DNA from: Thermoplasmata archaeon
GTDB taxonomy: Archaea > Thermoplasmatota > Thermoplasmata > Lutacidiplasmatales > UBA184
DNA length: 64,000 bases
Direction of reading: 5' to 3'
Assembly (NCBI GenBank): GCA_022750195.1
Contig: JAKIWE010000001.1
Location: 244,672-308,671 of the forward strand
Shown here piece by piece: positions 34,991-43,947 of the stretch (positions are counted from its first letter, which is position 1; every line of letters begins with the position of its first letter). The notes beneath the pieces are model-generated. The model was not told the DNA's origin. It made no database searches and saw only the letters and a program-made list of their open reading frames with translations. Position numbers and translations under genes: made by a program.

Positions 34991-36427
34991 GTGGACATCC
35001 AGACACGCCCGACGCTCCGCCCTTCGACGAGCGACCTTTGGTTCCTCTCCTACCTCCCGCTGGCCGTTTCGGACGGGGTGGCGACCCCGCTGATCCCGCT
35101 CCTCGCCCTCCAGCACTTCGGCGCCTCGGCCTTCGCCGTGACGATCATCATCGCGGCCAGCGCGATGAGCCAGGTACCGTTCACGATCGTCTGGGGAAAC
35201 CTCTCCGACCGGGTCGCCCATCGGAAGTTCTTCCTGGTCGGGTCGTTCCTCGCGACCGGCGTCAGCCTGATCCTGATCGCCTTCGCCAAGGACCTTCCGA
35301 CGTTCTTCTGGCTGAACGTCGTGGAGGGGCTCGCCTCGGCGGCGAGCGCCCCGATCGGGACGATGCTGTTGCTCGAGACCCGCCACAAACGGTGGTGGCC
35401 GCAGGACATCGGCCTGTTCGGCCTGATCTCGGGCGTGGGGACGACCGCAGGTCTGGGCCTCGGCTTCGTATGGTTATTCGTCCTCCAGATCACGCCGAGC
35501 GTCATCCAGGTGATGACCGCCCTCCTGGTCGTCGCAGGCGTTCTCGCCCTGCTCTCCGCGTACCTCGCCTACTCCTGGATCGAGGAGCCAGCGGTCCGGC
35601 TCGAGCGGCGCTCCCTCGCGGACCTCCTCAACCTGCACCGCGGGGTCGTCGAGAGGATCCGACACATGCGCAACCGCGTCCTGAACGTCATCGACCTGAC
35701 GCGTCCCTCCTCGGGCCGGCTCCCGCGGCGGGAGATCCTCTTCCTGCTCGCCCTCGGCGTGATGACCGTCGGGTTCGACGTCTTCTACGGGCCGTTCCCG
35801 GTGTTCCTCAACCGTTCGCTGCAGCTGGGCGACGCGGACATCTTCATCGTCTACCTCGCGGCGAGCTTCACCTCCACGCTGCTGTTCTTCCACTCCGGCA
35901 AGGTCGTCGAGTGGGCCTCGCCGAAGTTGGTCTTCCTCGAGAGCCTCGGGGGCCGCGTCCTCCTGCTCGGACTTTTCCTGTGGGCCCCGGCGTACTACGC
36001 GCTCGGGCTCGGGACGCCGCACCTCGTGATCTGGGTCACCCTGCTCAACGGCCTCATGGGCGTCACGTGGGCGTTCATCAGCACCGCAAGTACGCTGTTC
36101 CTTGTGCGGGTGGTCGGACGGTCCAAGCGGGGGCAGGCCCTCGGCCTCTACAACGCGGTCGCGGGCGCGGGAGGGCTGTTCGGGACGCTGCTCGGGGGAT
36201 TCCTGTTCGCCACCTACGGGTTCAGCGCGGCCTACACGGTCGCGGCGGTGACGGTCCTCGCCGGTGCGGTCCTCCTCCTGCCGATTCCGTTCCACGTCTT
36301 CTTCGCCCCGCAGGCGAACCACCGCCGCTCCCCGCTCAAGGGTGCCCGCGCGACCTCGCCCCCTCGGTTCCCGGTCCGGCCTCCGCCCCGTGACCTGAGC
36401 CCGGTGCTCGACGGTCATCACCGTTAA
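34991..36427 (+). CDS. MFS transporter
   Basis: About 12 hydrophobic segments. GNLSDRVAHRKF loop 2-3 motif. Confidence 0.85.
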   Translation: MDIQTRPTLRPSTSDLWFLSYLPLAVSDGVATPLIPLLALQHFGASAFAVTIIIAASAMSQVPFTIVWGNLSDRVAHRKFFLVGSFLATGVSLILIAFAKDLPTFFWLNVVEGLASAASAPIGTMLLLETRHKRWWPQDIGLFGLISGVGTTAGLGLGFVWLFVLQITPSVIQVMTALLVVAGVLALLSAYLAYSWIEEPAVRLERRSLADLLNLHRGVVERIRHMRNRVLNVIDLTRPSSGRLPRREILFLLALGVMTVGFDVFYGPFPVFLNRSLQLGDADIFIVYLAASFTSTLLFFHSGKVVEWASPKLVFLESLGGRVLLLGLFLWAPAYYALGLGTPHLVIWVTLLNGLMGVTWAFISTASTLFLVRVVGRSKRGQALGLYNAVAGAGGLFGTLLGGFLFATYGFSAAYTVAAVTVLAGAVLLLPIPFHVFFAPQANHRRSPLKGARATSPPRFPVRPPPRDLSPVLDGHHR

Positions 36428-36586
36428 GCGCGCCCTCGAGGTCGTGGCGCTTCTCGGAGGGAGAGTTCGCTGGAGAGCGCGGGCGCTCGGTGGCGACGCC
36501 GGGCGCACCACCTGCTCGCTCATCCGCTCGCCTGGGCCCGGTACGTCTACCGACGCGAGCTCCGCCACCGAGAGATCGAGTTCGCG

Positions 36587-37345
36587 GTGAACCCCCGGTT
36601 CTTCGACTTCCGGCCGATGTACGAGGTGAGCCGTCCCGGCCTCCTTCGTCTCCTCGGGCTCTCGCGCACCGAACTGGACGGTTTCTTCAACGAGCTGGGG
36701 CCGATCCACCGCGAGTTACTGAACGAGGTCGGTCATGTGGCGAGCGCAGGCGCCCTGATCCAGGCGCCGCTGCTCTACGTGCTGGTACGGGCGACCGAGC
36801 CGCAGTGGGTCGTCGAGACCGGGATCTCCTCGGGGTACAGCGCGCGCCTCGCCCTCGAGGCGTTGGCCCGCAACGGCCACGGCCATCTAGATTCGATCGG
36901 GATCGATGTCTTCGCTCTCGGCCAGCCGGGCGAGGCGCGCCCAGACGCGCTCGCCGGCCGCTCCGTCGGCTGGCTGGTTCCTCCTAGGCTCCGGTCCCAA
37001 TGGGGATTGATCATCGGGCGGAGCGAGGAGCGTCTTCCGGCGCTGCTGGGGGCTCGACCCGGTGAGCTCGATATGTTCCTCCACGACAGTCTCCACCAGT
37101 ACCCCGTGATGAAGGCGGAGTACGAGCTCGCCGCCCGCGCGCTTCGGCCGGGCGGCCTCCTCCTGTCGCACGACATCCACGCGAGCCCCGCGTGGGCCGA
37201 GTTCCTCGCTCACAAGGAGTTGCACGAGGCGGAAGAACTGGATCACGACCTGGGAGTGGTTCGGCTGCCCGGGTCCGCCACCGGGGGGCTTCCTACGAGC
37301 CCGTCGACCGCCCAGGCGCCGCCTATATCGCCCCCCTCGGCGTGA
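36587..37345 (+). CDS. Class I SAM-dependent methyltransferase (Methyltransf_24-like)
   Basis: VVETGISSGYSARLALEAL, DMFLHDSLH and GGLLLSHDI motifs. Confidence 0.7.
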   Translation: MNPRFFDFRPMYEVSRPGLLRLLGLSRTELDGFFNELGPIHRELLNEVGHVASAGALIQAPLLYVLVRATEPQWVVETGISSGYSARLALEALARNGHGHLDSIGIDVFALGQPGEARPDALAGRSVGWLVPPRLRSQWGLIIGRSEERLPALLGARPGELDMFLHDSLHQYPVMKAEYELAARALRPGGLLLSHDIHASPAWAEFLAHKELHEAEELDHDLGVVRLPGSATGGLPTSPSTAQAPPISPPSA

Positions 37346-37355
37346 GAGCCGAGCC

Positions 37356-37895
37356 ATGCCCGAACTCTCGCTCGTTCCGATCCCTTCGACCGATTTCGAC
37401 CGGTGGCAGAACGAGCTCATCGAAGGGTACGCCCTCGAGCACACCCGAGCTGGCACCTGGGACGCCTCCCATGCGCTGGCCGCGGCCCGAGAGGAGTTCG
37501 CCCGCCTGCTTCCTCAGGGTGCCGGCACGCCCGGCCACACGATCCGGTTCCTCAACGACCCGCAGACCGGCCACGATGTCGGCACGGTCTGGCTGTTCGT
37601 TTCCCCCGATCAATCGGGGGGGCAGCGACGCGGCCTCTTCGTCTACTGGGTCGGCGTCGACGCTCCGTTCCGCGGCAAGGGCTACGGCCGAGCCGCGATG
37701 GAGCTCATCGAGCGCGAGGCCCGGCACGCCGGGGTCGGCTCGATCGCGCTGCACGTCTTCGCGGAGAACAAGGTCGCCCTCGAGCTGTACCGGTCCTGCG
37801 GGTTCGAGGAGACGTCGTTCTCGATGCGGAAGCTACTCGGAGCTTCGGGGAAGGAGTCGAAGGACTCGGCTCCGCCCGGTTCGCCTTCCCCTTAG
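37356..37895 (+). CDS. GNAT family N-acetyltransferase
   Basis: FRGKGYGRAAMELIEREARHAGVGSIALHVFAENKVALELYRSCGFEE. Confidence 0.88.
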   Translation: MPELSLVPIPSTDFDRWQNELIEGYALEHTRAGTWDASHALAAAREEFARLLPQGAGTPGHTIRFLNDPQTGHDVGTVWLFVSPDQSGGQRRGLFVYWVGVDAPFRGKGYGRAAMELIEREARHAGVGSIALHVFAENKVALELYRSCGFEETSFSMRKLLGASGKESKDSAPPGSPSP

Positions 37896-38368
37896 CGGAA
37901 CATCTCCCACACGAGCGTTCGGATCAGGTACCCCAGCGCCAGGTTCGCGAGGAACCCCTCCAGGTCCGTGGGGAACTCGCGGACGATGCACGACCGGAAG
38001 CCGAGCTCTCCGGTAGCGACGACGTTGCGTCCGTTGAGAATCGCGAACTTCCCGGTGAGCTTCTCGAAGATCTCGTAGTGGGTACCGGAGTAGTCGACCG
38101 TCATCGGCCCGAACAGCGAGGAGACGGTCCTCCACTTCTGCTCCCCGACCTGGATCAGGATCTCGTCCTTCTTCGGGCTGTAAGAGACCGTGGAGTGGAC
38201 CTGTCCGGGCTCGTTGGAGCGCTCGGTCTCGTAGGTCGCCGAGAACAGCGAAGCGATCTTCCGGGCGAGCGGAGAGGTCTGCGAGACGACCGGCCGACAG
38301 GTCCAGATGACCGGGCCGACCTCCATCTCGATGATGTTCTTCAGCACCCGGGCCGTCGCTCGAATCAT
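37892..38368 (-). CDS. Hypothetical protein, possibly tubby C-terminal/LURP-one-like fold
   Basis: KFAILNGRNVVATGELGFRSCIVREFPTDLEGFLANLALGYLI. Visibly less GC-rich than its neighbours. Start placed at an internal ATG. Confidence 0.5.
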   Translation of the reverse strand: MIRATARVLKNIIEMEVGPVIWTCRPVVSQTSPLARKIASLFSATYETERSNEPGQVHSTVSYSPKKDEILIQVGEQKWRTVSSLFGPMTVDYSGTHYEIFEKLTGKFAILNGRNVVATGELGFRSCIVREFPTDLEGFLANLALGYLIRTLVWEMFR

Positions 38369-38424
38369 TCCAGAACGAGATTCCCTACCGGACAAGGAGA
38401 TTAAGGAACTCTCGATGGAGGGGC

Positions 38425-39741
38425 GTGGCGGGCGGAGCGTACGTTCCGCCACCGGCCGAGCGCGCGGTGGGCCTCGGGTTTTACGTCACGACGACCCCCG
38501 GCGTCCCGGCGACGCTCAAGGAAACGCCGGAGGACTTTCGCGTCTCGGAGATCTCGCGGTACCCGATGCCGGTCGAGGACGGCCCGTTCACCGTGCTCCG
38601 TCTCCGAAGCCAGAACTGGGAGCAGCACGAGCTCGCCGCGCGCATCGCCTCCCGCCTCGGCCTGCCCCGACACGCGATCGCTTGGTCGGGAACCAAGGAC
38701 CGTCGGGCGGTCGCCGACCGGTTGTTCTCCTACCGCGGGCCGCCTCCCCCGGGCCCTCTCGGGATCGACGAGGTGGAGCTGCTCGAGGTCTACCGTTCAC
38801 GCGACGGGCTCTCGCTAGGCCACCACTACGGCAATGCCTTCACGATCCGGCTCGGCGGCGTCGAGGCGAACGGCGACGCCGCCCTACAACTCGAGCGCAC
38901 GCGCGCCGAGCTCCTCTCGATCGGAGCGCTACCGAACCTTTTCGGCCTTCAACGGTTCGGAGAGGTCCGGCCGATCACCCATCTCATCGGACGGCGGCTG
39001 GTCCGCGGGGATGCCGCCGGCGCGGTCGAGGCGTATCTGACGGTCGAGGTCGAACCGTCCCACGGGCCGGGGGTGGAGGCCCGGCGCTCGTACGCCGGCC
39101 ACCACGATCCCGCTCGGGCCCTTCGCGAGTTCCCGCCGTCGTTCCGCTTCGAGCGGACCCTTCTGGATCACCTCGCACGTGGACACTCGCCGGAGCGAGC
39201 CCTCCTAGGGCTCTCCCGCGAGCTCCGTCAGCTGTTCGTCCACGCCTACCAATCCTGGCTCTACAATCGCTGGCTGACCGCGCGGCGGGAGACTGGCGTC
39301 TCGCTCGTCTCGCCGGAGCCCGGCGACTACCTGGTCCGATGGGCAGCCGACGGGACGGTCGCACGGTCCCCCGCGGTCCCGGTCGAGCTCGACAATCTGA
39401 GCGAGGCGAGGGAGCTGCTCCAGCGCGGCCGCGGGGTGCTCGCGGCCCCGCTCGTCGGGACGGAGACGCCTTCCCTCGAGGGAGGGGCGGGTCTGCTCTT
39501 CGAGGAACTGCTCCAGGAGGAAGGGGTGGCGCGGCGCGACTTCTCCCTCCCGTCGATGCCGGAGATCGCCAGCGAGGGGACGTGGCGGCCGATGACCATT
39601 CCGGTGCCCCCCGTCGCGATCGAAGCAGGAGCGGAGGGGGGCCCTCGACTCACCTTTGCGTTGCCGAGGGGCAGCTACGCGACCGTCCTCCTCCGGGAGT
39701 TCCTCAAAACCGGCGCCGAAGTCACCCGATCGGCGTCGTGA
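38425..39741 (+). CDS. truD: tRNA pseudouridine synthase TruD/Pus7 (Psi13)
   Basis: GLGFYVTTTPG...PEDFRVSEI start, GTKDRRAV and NLFGLQRFG motifs. Confidence 0.92.
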   Translation: MAGGAYVPPPAERAVGLGFYVTTTPGVPATLKETPEDFRVSEISRYPMPVEDGPFTVLRLRSQNWEQHELAARIASRLGLPRHAIAWSGTKDRRAVADRLFSYRGPPPPGPLGIDEVELLEVYRSRDGLSLGHHYGNAFTIRLGGVEANGDAALQLERTRAELLSIGALPNLFGLQRFGEVRPITHLIGRRLVRGDAAGAVEAYLTVEVEPSHGPGVEARRSYAGHHDPARALREFPPSFRFERTLLDHLARGHSPERALLGLSRELRQLFVHAYQSWLYNRWLTARRETGVSLVSPEPGDYLVRWAADGTVARSPAVPVELDNLSEARELLQRGRGVLAAPLVGTETPSLEGGAGLLFEELLQEEGVARRDFSLPSMPEIASEGTWRPMTIPVPPVAIEAGAEGGPRLTFALPRGSYATVLLREFLKTGAEVTRSAS

Positions 39742-39892
39742 GCCGCGCCTCGAACCGAGCCATCTAATAGGAGCGGTCGAAGTTCGACGGCCCGAGGAGG
39801 TGGGGGGGCTGGCCATCGATGCGCCGCGACCGTGGTACGCGAACACGGCGACCTTCATCGCCCCGACCGCGGCCGACACCCGGGGCGGCCCG

Positions 39893-40735
39893 GTGCGCGT
39901 ACCGACCGGGGTCCCGGACTTCGACTACCTCGCCGGCGGCATCCCGGCGGGATCGACCGTGCTGTTGCTCGGGGAACCGGGGGCCGGGCACCAGGAGTTC
40001 GCCCTCACGAGCGCCGCTCACCTGATGCTCCATTTTGACGACCCGGAGCTGCACCGGATCTATCTGGGGAACGCGCGAGGGCCGTTCGTCTACCCCGCGG
40101 GGGTCGTGTACGTGAGCCTGACCCGGGCGCAGGACCAGGTGATGCGCGAGGTGCGGGGGACCTTCGATGCCACCTACCACGAGGTGCTCCTGCGCCACCT
40201 CCGGTTCCATGACCTTTCGCCGTCGTACTTCACCGACTCCGTCGTGCCGACGAGCTGGTCGTCGGTGGAGGAGGGCCTCCTCGCCGGGCTCGCCTCCGGC
40301 AGCGCGACGGTCCGGCCCTCGGCACCTCCGCTCACGGCCCTCGCCGACGCCCTCGAGGCGGACGGGGCGGGCAACCTCGTGCTCATCGACTCGCTCACGG
40401 ACCTTCTCGTCCGAAGGGGCGTCGACACGGAGGAAGTGCTCACGCTCGTCAAAGGGCTTCGGCGACGCTCGAAAGGATGGGGTGGACTCGTCTACCTTCT
40501 CCTGACCCGCGGGGTGGCGCCGCCGGCCGTCGAGGCGGCGATCCTCGACTCCGTGGACGGCGTACTCTCCTTCTCCTGGTCGACGAGCCCCGTCCACTCC
40601 TACCGCCAGCGAACGATGCTGATCGAGAAGTTCATGCCGGTCCTCTCCCGGATCCCCCAGGAGCACCAGGGCCGGTTCATCATCCGGGTCAGCAACGTGA
40701 GCGGTCTGGTGACCACGCAGTATGAACGAATCTAA
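39893..40735 (+). CDS. KaiC/RadA-like single-domain protein with degenerate Walker A (predicted pseudo-ATPase)
   Basis: VRVPTGVPDFDYLAGGIPAGSTVLLLGEPGAGHQEF, with Lys-Thr replaced by His-Gln. SLTR sits where the paralog has SLEE. Walker B-like LVLIDS is retained. Start may instead be the GTG at 39800. Confidence 0.65.
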   Translation: MRVPTGVPDFDYLAGGIPAGSTVLLLGEPGAGHQEFALTSAAHLMLHFDDPELHRIYLGNARGPFVYPAGVVYVSLTRAQDQVMREVRGTFDATYHEVLLRHLRFHDLSPSYFTDSVVPTSWSSVEEGLLAGLASGSATVRPSAPPLTALADALEADGAGNLVLIDSLTDLLVRRGVDTEEVLTLVKGLRRRSKGWGGLVYLLLTRGVAPPAVEAAILDSVDGVLSFSWSTSPVHSYRQRTMLIEKFMPVLSRIPQEHQGRFIIRVSNVSGLVTTQYERI

Positions 40736-41450
40736 CCCGGCCGAGGAGAAGGTCCCGACCGGGATCGCCGGTCTCGACGAGATGCTCGGGGGAGGATTCC
40801 CGAGGGGGCACGTGGTGCTCGTGACCGGACTTCCCGGAACCGGAAAAACCTGTCTCGCTCTCCAGTTCCTGAGCGCGGGCCTCGCGCGGAAGGAGAAGGG
40901 CCTGTTCCTCTCGCTGGAAGAGGATGTACCGGAGCTGCTCGCCAGCGCCCGACAGTTCGGCTGGCCGGTCGACGACGCGGTGAAGTCGAAGAGCCTTCAG
41001 TTCCTACGACTCGACCCGAAGGAGACGAAGCAGAACCTCACGCGCATCCAGGGCGAGCTCCCGAAGCAGTTGGCCGCGCTCGGGGTGCAGCGCATCGTCG
41101 TCGATTCGGTCTCCCTCCTCAACATGCTCAGCGACGACGAACCGGCGCGCCGCACGACCCTCTTCACCCTCGCGGCGGTCTGCCGACAAGCCGGGGCCAC
41201 GACGTTGCTGACGGCGGAGGCCGACCCCCAGCACCCGGAGATCTCCCGCGACGGCCTGTCGGAATACGTGGCCGACGGCGTCGTCGTGCTGGGCTACAAC
41301 CGGGGGGACGACGGTCGTCGTATCGGGCTCGCCCTCCGGATCCTGAAGATGCGCCGGACCTCCCACGCCCGAAGCGTGCAACCGTACGCGATCGGGGCGA
41401 GGGGGATCACGGTCGACGCCAAGGCCGTCGACTTCGGCCCCGGCGCGTAG
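40722..41450 (+). CDS. KaiC/RadA-like single-domain ATPase (canonical motifs)
   Basis: VPTGIAGLDEMLGGGFPRGHVVLVTGLPGTGKTCLALQF, LFLSLEE and RIVVDSVS motifs. Overlaps the upstream paralog by 14 nt. Confidence 0.88.
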   Translation: MNESNPAEEKVPTGIAGLDEMLGGGFPRGHVVLVTGLPGTGKTCLALQFLSAGLARKEKGLFLSLEEDVPELLASARQFGWPVDDAVKSKSLQFLRLDPKETKQNLTRIQGELPKQLAALGVQRIVVDSVSLLNMLSDDEPARRTTLFTLAAVCRQAGATTLLTAEADPQHPEISRDGLSEYVADGVVVLGYNRGDDGRRIGLALRILKMRRTSHARSVQPYAIGARGITVDAKAVDFGPGA

Positions 41451-41458
41451 GCACTTCC

Positions 41459-41489
41459 GCGCCCCGTTTCACGACCCCGAGCGGGGCGC
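41459..41489 (+). terminator. 8-bp GC hairpin (GCGCCCCG-n15-CGGGGCGC) 9 nt after the KaiC-like stop
   Basis: Seen directly. The loop begins with TTT. A terminator role is inferred. Confidence 0.3.
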
Positions 41490-41522
41490 ATAAGTCCGCG
41501 CGGCGATCGACCCTACCGGCCC

Positions 41523-42629
41523 ATGGAGTGGACGATCTACCTCGACATGGACGCCTTCTACGTCTCCTGCGAGCTCCGGGACCGGCCGGAGCTCAAGGGG
41601 CGACCGGTGATCGTCGGGCCGGATCCGACGAAGGGGCCGAGCCGAGGCGTTGTGCTCTCCGCGAGTTACGAGGCACGACCGTTCGGCGTTCGCAGTGCGC
41701 AGCCGGTCGGCCTCGCCCACCGGTTGTGCCCCGAGGCCGTGTGGATCGACCCGGACATGGAGAAGTACGTCCGGGTCTCGCACGAGGTCCGCGCGGCCGT
41801 CGCCGCCGTCGAGGCGAACCTCGCACCGCTGAGCATCGACGAGATGGCGGTCCGGGTCGACGTGCCCGACGCAGCGAGCGCCGAGGAGAGAGCGCGAGCG
41901 CTCCAGCGGACGATCCGCGAGCAGCTGGGGCTCCCGGTCTCGGTCGGGGTGGCGACCTCGCAGATCGTGGCGAAGATCGCGACCGACCTCGCCAAGCCCG
42001 GGGGCGTCAAGGTCGTGCCCCCGGACGGCGTCGCGGAGTTCCTCGGGCCGCTGTCGGTGCGCGCGATCCCGGGCGTCGGGCCGAAAACCGGAGAACTTCT
42101 CCACCGGTACGGGGTCGAGACGATCGCCGATCTGCGCGGAACCCTCCCCTTGGGCCTACGACGCGAACTCGGCGACTTCGGGGCCTGGTTGCGCCGTCTC
42201 TCCCGCGGCATCGTCCTCGAGGACCCTCGCCGCGACGAGGCAGGGCCACGATCGCGGAGCGTCGACTGCACGCTCGAAGCGGACTCGAGCGACCTCGGCG
42301 AGCTCGAGAAGATCCTGGACGGCATGGTCGAGCGACTCGTCCCCTCGCTCGAGGAGGAACATCTCGCCTTTCAAACCGTCACGGTGGCCCTGCGGTGGGC
42401 CGATTTCGAACAGACCCAGCGCAGCCGCACGCTCGCGGCCTCGGCCACCTCACGCGCCGCGTTGCAAGTCCCGGCCCGCCGCCTCCTCGCGGAGATCGTC
42501 GAGCGGGAGGGACGAGGAGCGCGGCGACCGACTCGGCGGCTGTCGTTGCGGGTTGAAAGGCTTCGGCCGAGGCACGGGAGCGAGCGACCTATCGAGAGCT
42601 TCGGAGGCGCGCAGGGGGCGCTTAAGTAA
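41523..42629 (+). CDS. dpo4: Y-family DNA polymerase IV (Dpo4/DinB-like)
   Basis: IYLDMDAFYVSCE, SIDEMAV and IPGVGPKT motifs. Confidence 0.93.
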   Translation: MEWTIYLDMDAFYVSCELRDRPELKGRPVIVGPDPTKGPSRGVVLSASYEARPFGVRSAQPVGLAHRLCPEAVWIDPDMEKYVRVSHEVRAAVAAVEANLAPLSIDEMAVRVDVPDAASAEERARALQRTIREQLGLPVSVGVATSQIVAKIATDLAKPGGVKVVPPDGVAEFLGPLSVRAIPGVGPKTGELLHRYGVETIADLRGTLPLGLRRELGDFGAWLRRLSRGIVLEDPRRDEAGPRSRSVDCTLEADSSDLGELEKILDGMVERLVPSLEEEHLAFQTVTVALRWADFEQTQRSRTLAASATSRAALQVPARRLLAEIVEREGRGARRPTRRLSLRVERLRPRHGSERPIESFGGAQGALK

Positions 42630-42655
42630 CGCGGGGCCCAGCCCGGCCGAAGCCT

Positions 42656-43540
42656 GTGGAACCTCTCCTCGCCTGGAGTTCTACCGCCCCCTCCTTCCTC
42701 GCGATCCTCTTCGTCCTGCTGCTCGCCTGCGCTGCCGGGGCCGTCGGCTCGCTGCTCGGCCTTGGGGGCGGAACGTTCCTCGTTCCGGGTCTCGTGCTGC
42801 TCTTCGGCTTCGACTTCCACCTCGCGGTGGCGGCGAGCCTCGTCAGCATCGTCGCGAACTCGCTCGGGAGCTCGGCCCGCGCCGTCGAGGAGGGGCTTAC
42901 CGACCTTCGGATTGGGATGTTCCTCGAGACCGCGACCGCGGTCGGCGGCCTCGCCGGGGCCCTGCTCGCGGTCACCGTGCTCGCGGCCCGCACCGACATC
43001 CTCACGCTCGCCTTCATTCCGGCCGTCCTGATCGCTGCCCTCCTGATGTTCCGCACCCGAGCGAAGGACTCCGACCCGACCGTGGTCCCGGACGCGGTTG
43101 CCCGGCGGTTGCATCTCGGGGGCACCTACTACGACGACCAGCTCGGCCGTTCGATCACCTACCCCGTGCACGGAACCGGTACCGGGCTCGGGCTCGCTGC
43201 GCTCGCCGGATTCTCGTCCGGCCTCCTCGGGATCGGCGGGGGCGTCTTCAAGGTACCCGCGATGAACGCCCTGATGAACGTCCCCATGCGCGTGGCCAGC
43301 AGCACCTCGATGTTCATGATCGGCTTGACAGCGACCGCGGGTGGGCTCGTCTACCTCTTCGTCGGCGATGTCGAGCTTCCGTTGGCCGCCACGGTCGTGC
43401 TCGGCGTCCTCGTCGGCAGCTACCTGGGCAGCCGGGTCCAGATGACCACCCCGGCCCCTCAGCTCAAGGCGACGTTCGCCGTCGTCCTGGTCGTCGCGGC
43501 GGTCCTGATGGCGCTGCGTGTCTTCGGGGTGGTCGGTTGA
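42656..43540 (+). CDS. TauE/SafE family sulfite/anion exporter
   Basis: LGLGGGTFLVPGLVLLFG and the repeated GIGGGVFKVPAMN motif. About 8 TM segments. Confidence 0.85.
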   Translation: MEPLLAWSSTAPSFLAILFVLLLACAAGAVGSLLGLGGGTFLVPGLVLLFGFDFHLAVAASLVSIVANSLGSSARAVEEGLTDLRIGMFLETATAVGGLAGALLAVTVLAARTDILTLAFIPAVLIAALLMFRTRAKDSDPTVVPDAVARRLHLGGTYYDDQLGRSITYPVHGTGTGLGLAALAGFSSGLLGIGGGVFKVPAMNALMNVPMRVASSTSMFMIGLTATAGGLVYLFVGDVELPLAATVVLGVLVGSYLGSRVQMTTPAPQLKATFAVVLVVAAVLMALRVFGVVG

Positions 43541-43947
43541 GCGACCCCGTTTCGGAGCTCCGTCCCGCGGTTCGGCTCCGGCGGGGTCGGCCGGAGGAGG
43601 AGAAGCTTCCGTCCTCCCTCCGAGGCATCGTGACCCGGGTCCTTCAGACGGGCGTGGCGGCGACGGTCGTGCTCCTGCTCGTGGGACTGACGCTGCTGTT
43701 CACGCTGGGTCCCGGCACAGCGATCGCCGCGCGGGTAGGCCTTTCCGGTCTGCTTCACGGTCTCGCCAGCGCCGATGCGACCGCCTACCTCTACCTGGGG
43801 GTGGTCGTTCTCCTCGCCACGCCTCTGGTTCGTGTGGCGCTCTCCGCGACGCTCTTCGCCCAATCGGGGGACCGACCGTTCGCGGGGATCACGCTGTTCG
43901 TGCTCGTGCTGCTCGTCGTGTCGATCGTCGTGGGGTTCGTCGTCTGA
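43537..43947 (+). CDS. DUF1634-like small membrane protein
   Basis: VLQTGVAATVVLLLVGLTLLF...LATPLVRVALSATLFAQSGDRPFAGITLFVLVLLVVSIVVG. TTGA overlap with the TauE stop. Start is uncertain. Confidence 0.6.
   Translation: MSDPVSELRPAVRLRRGRPEEEKLPSSLRGIVTRVLQTGVAATVVLLLVGLTLLFTLGPGTAIAARVGLSGLLHGLASADATAYLYLGVVVLLATPLVRVALSATLFAQSGDRPFAGITLFVLVLLVVSIVVGFVV

Noticed and set aside
39819-40025. ATG-initiated 68-aa ORF downstream of a strong GGAGGTG element, considered as an alternative gene start upstream of the KaiC-like pair.
   Set aside because: Its product is an Arg/Pro/Ser-rich string in a different frame from the conserved VPTGVPDFDYLAGG signature. The GGAGGTG itself contains the alternative in-frame GTG at 39800 of the KaiC-like ORF.
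41473-41483. The 10-nt string ccccgagcgg matches the tRNA-Gln 3' fragment, raising the possibility of a distant att site.
   Set aside because: The match is short and lies within the loop and 3' arm region of a local GC hairpin after the KaiC-like gene. No flanking island features are present, so it is probably a chance match in GC-rich DNA.
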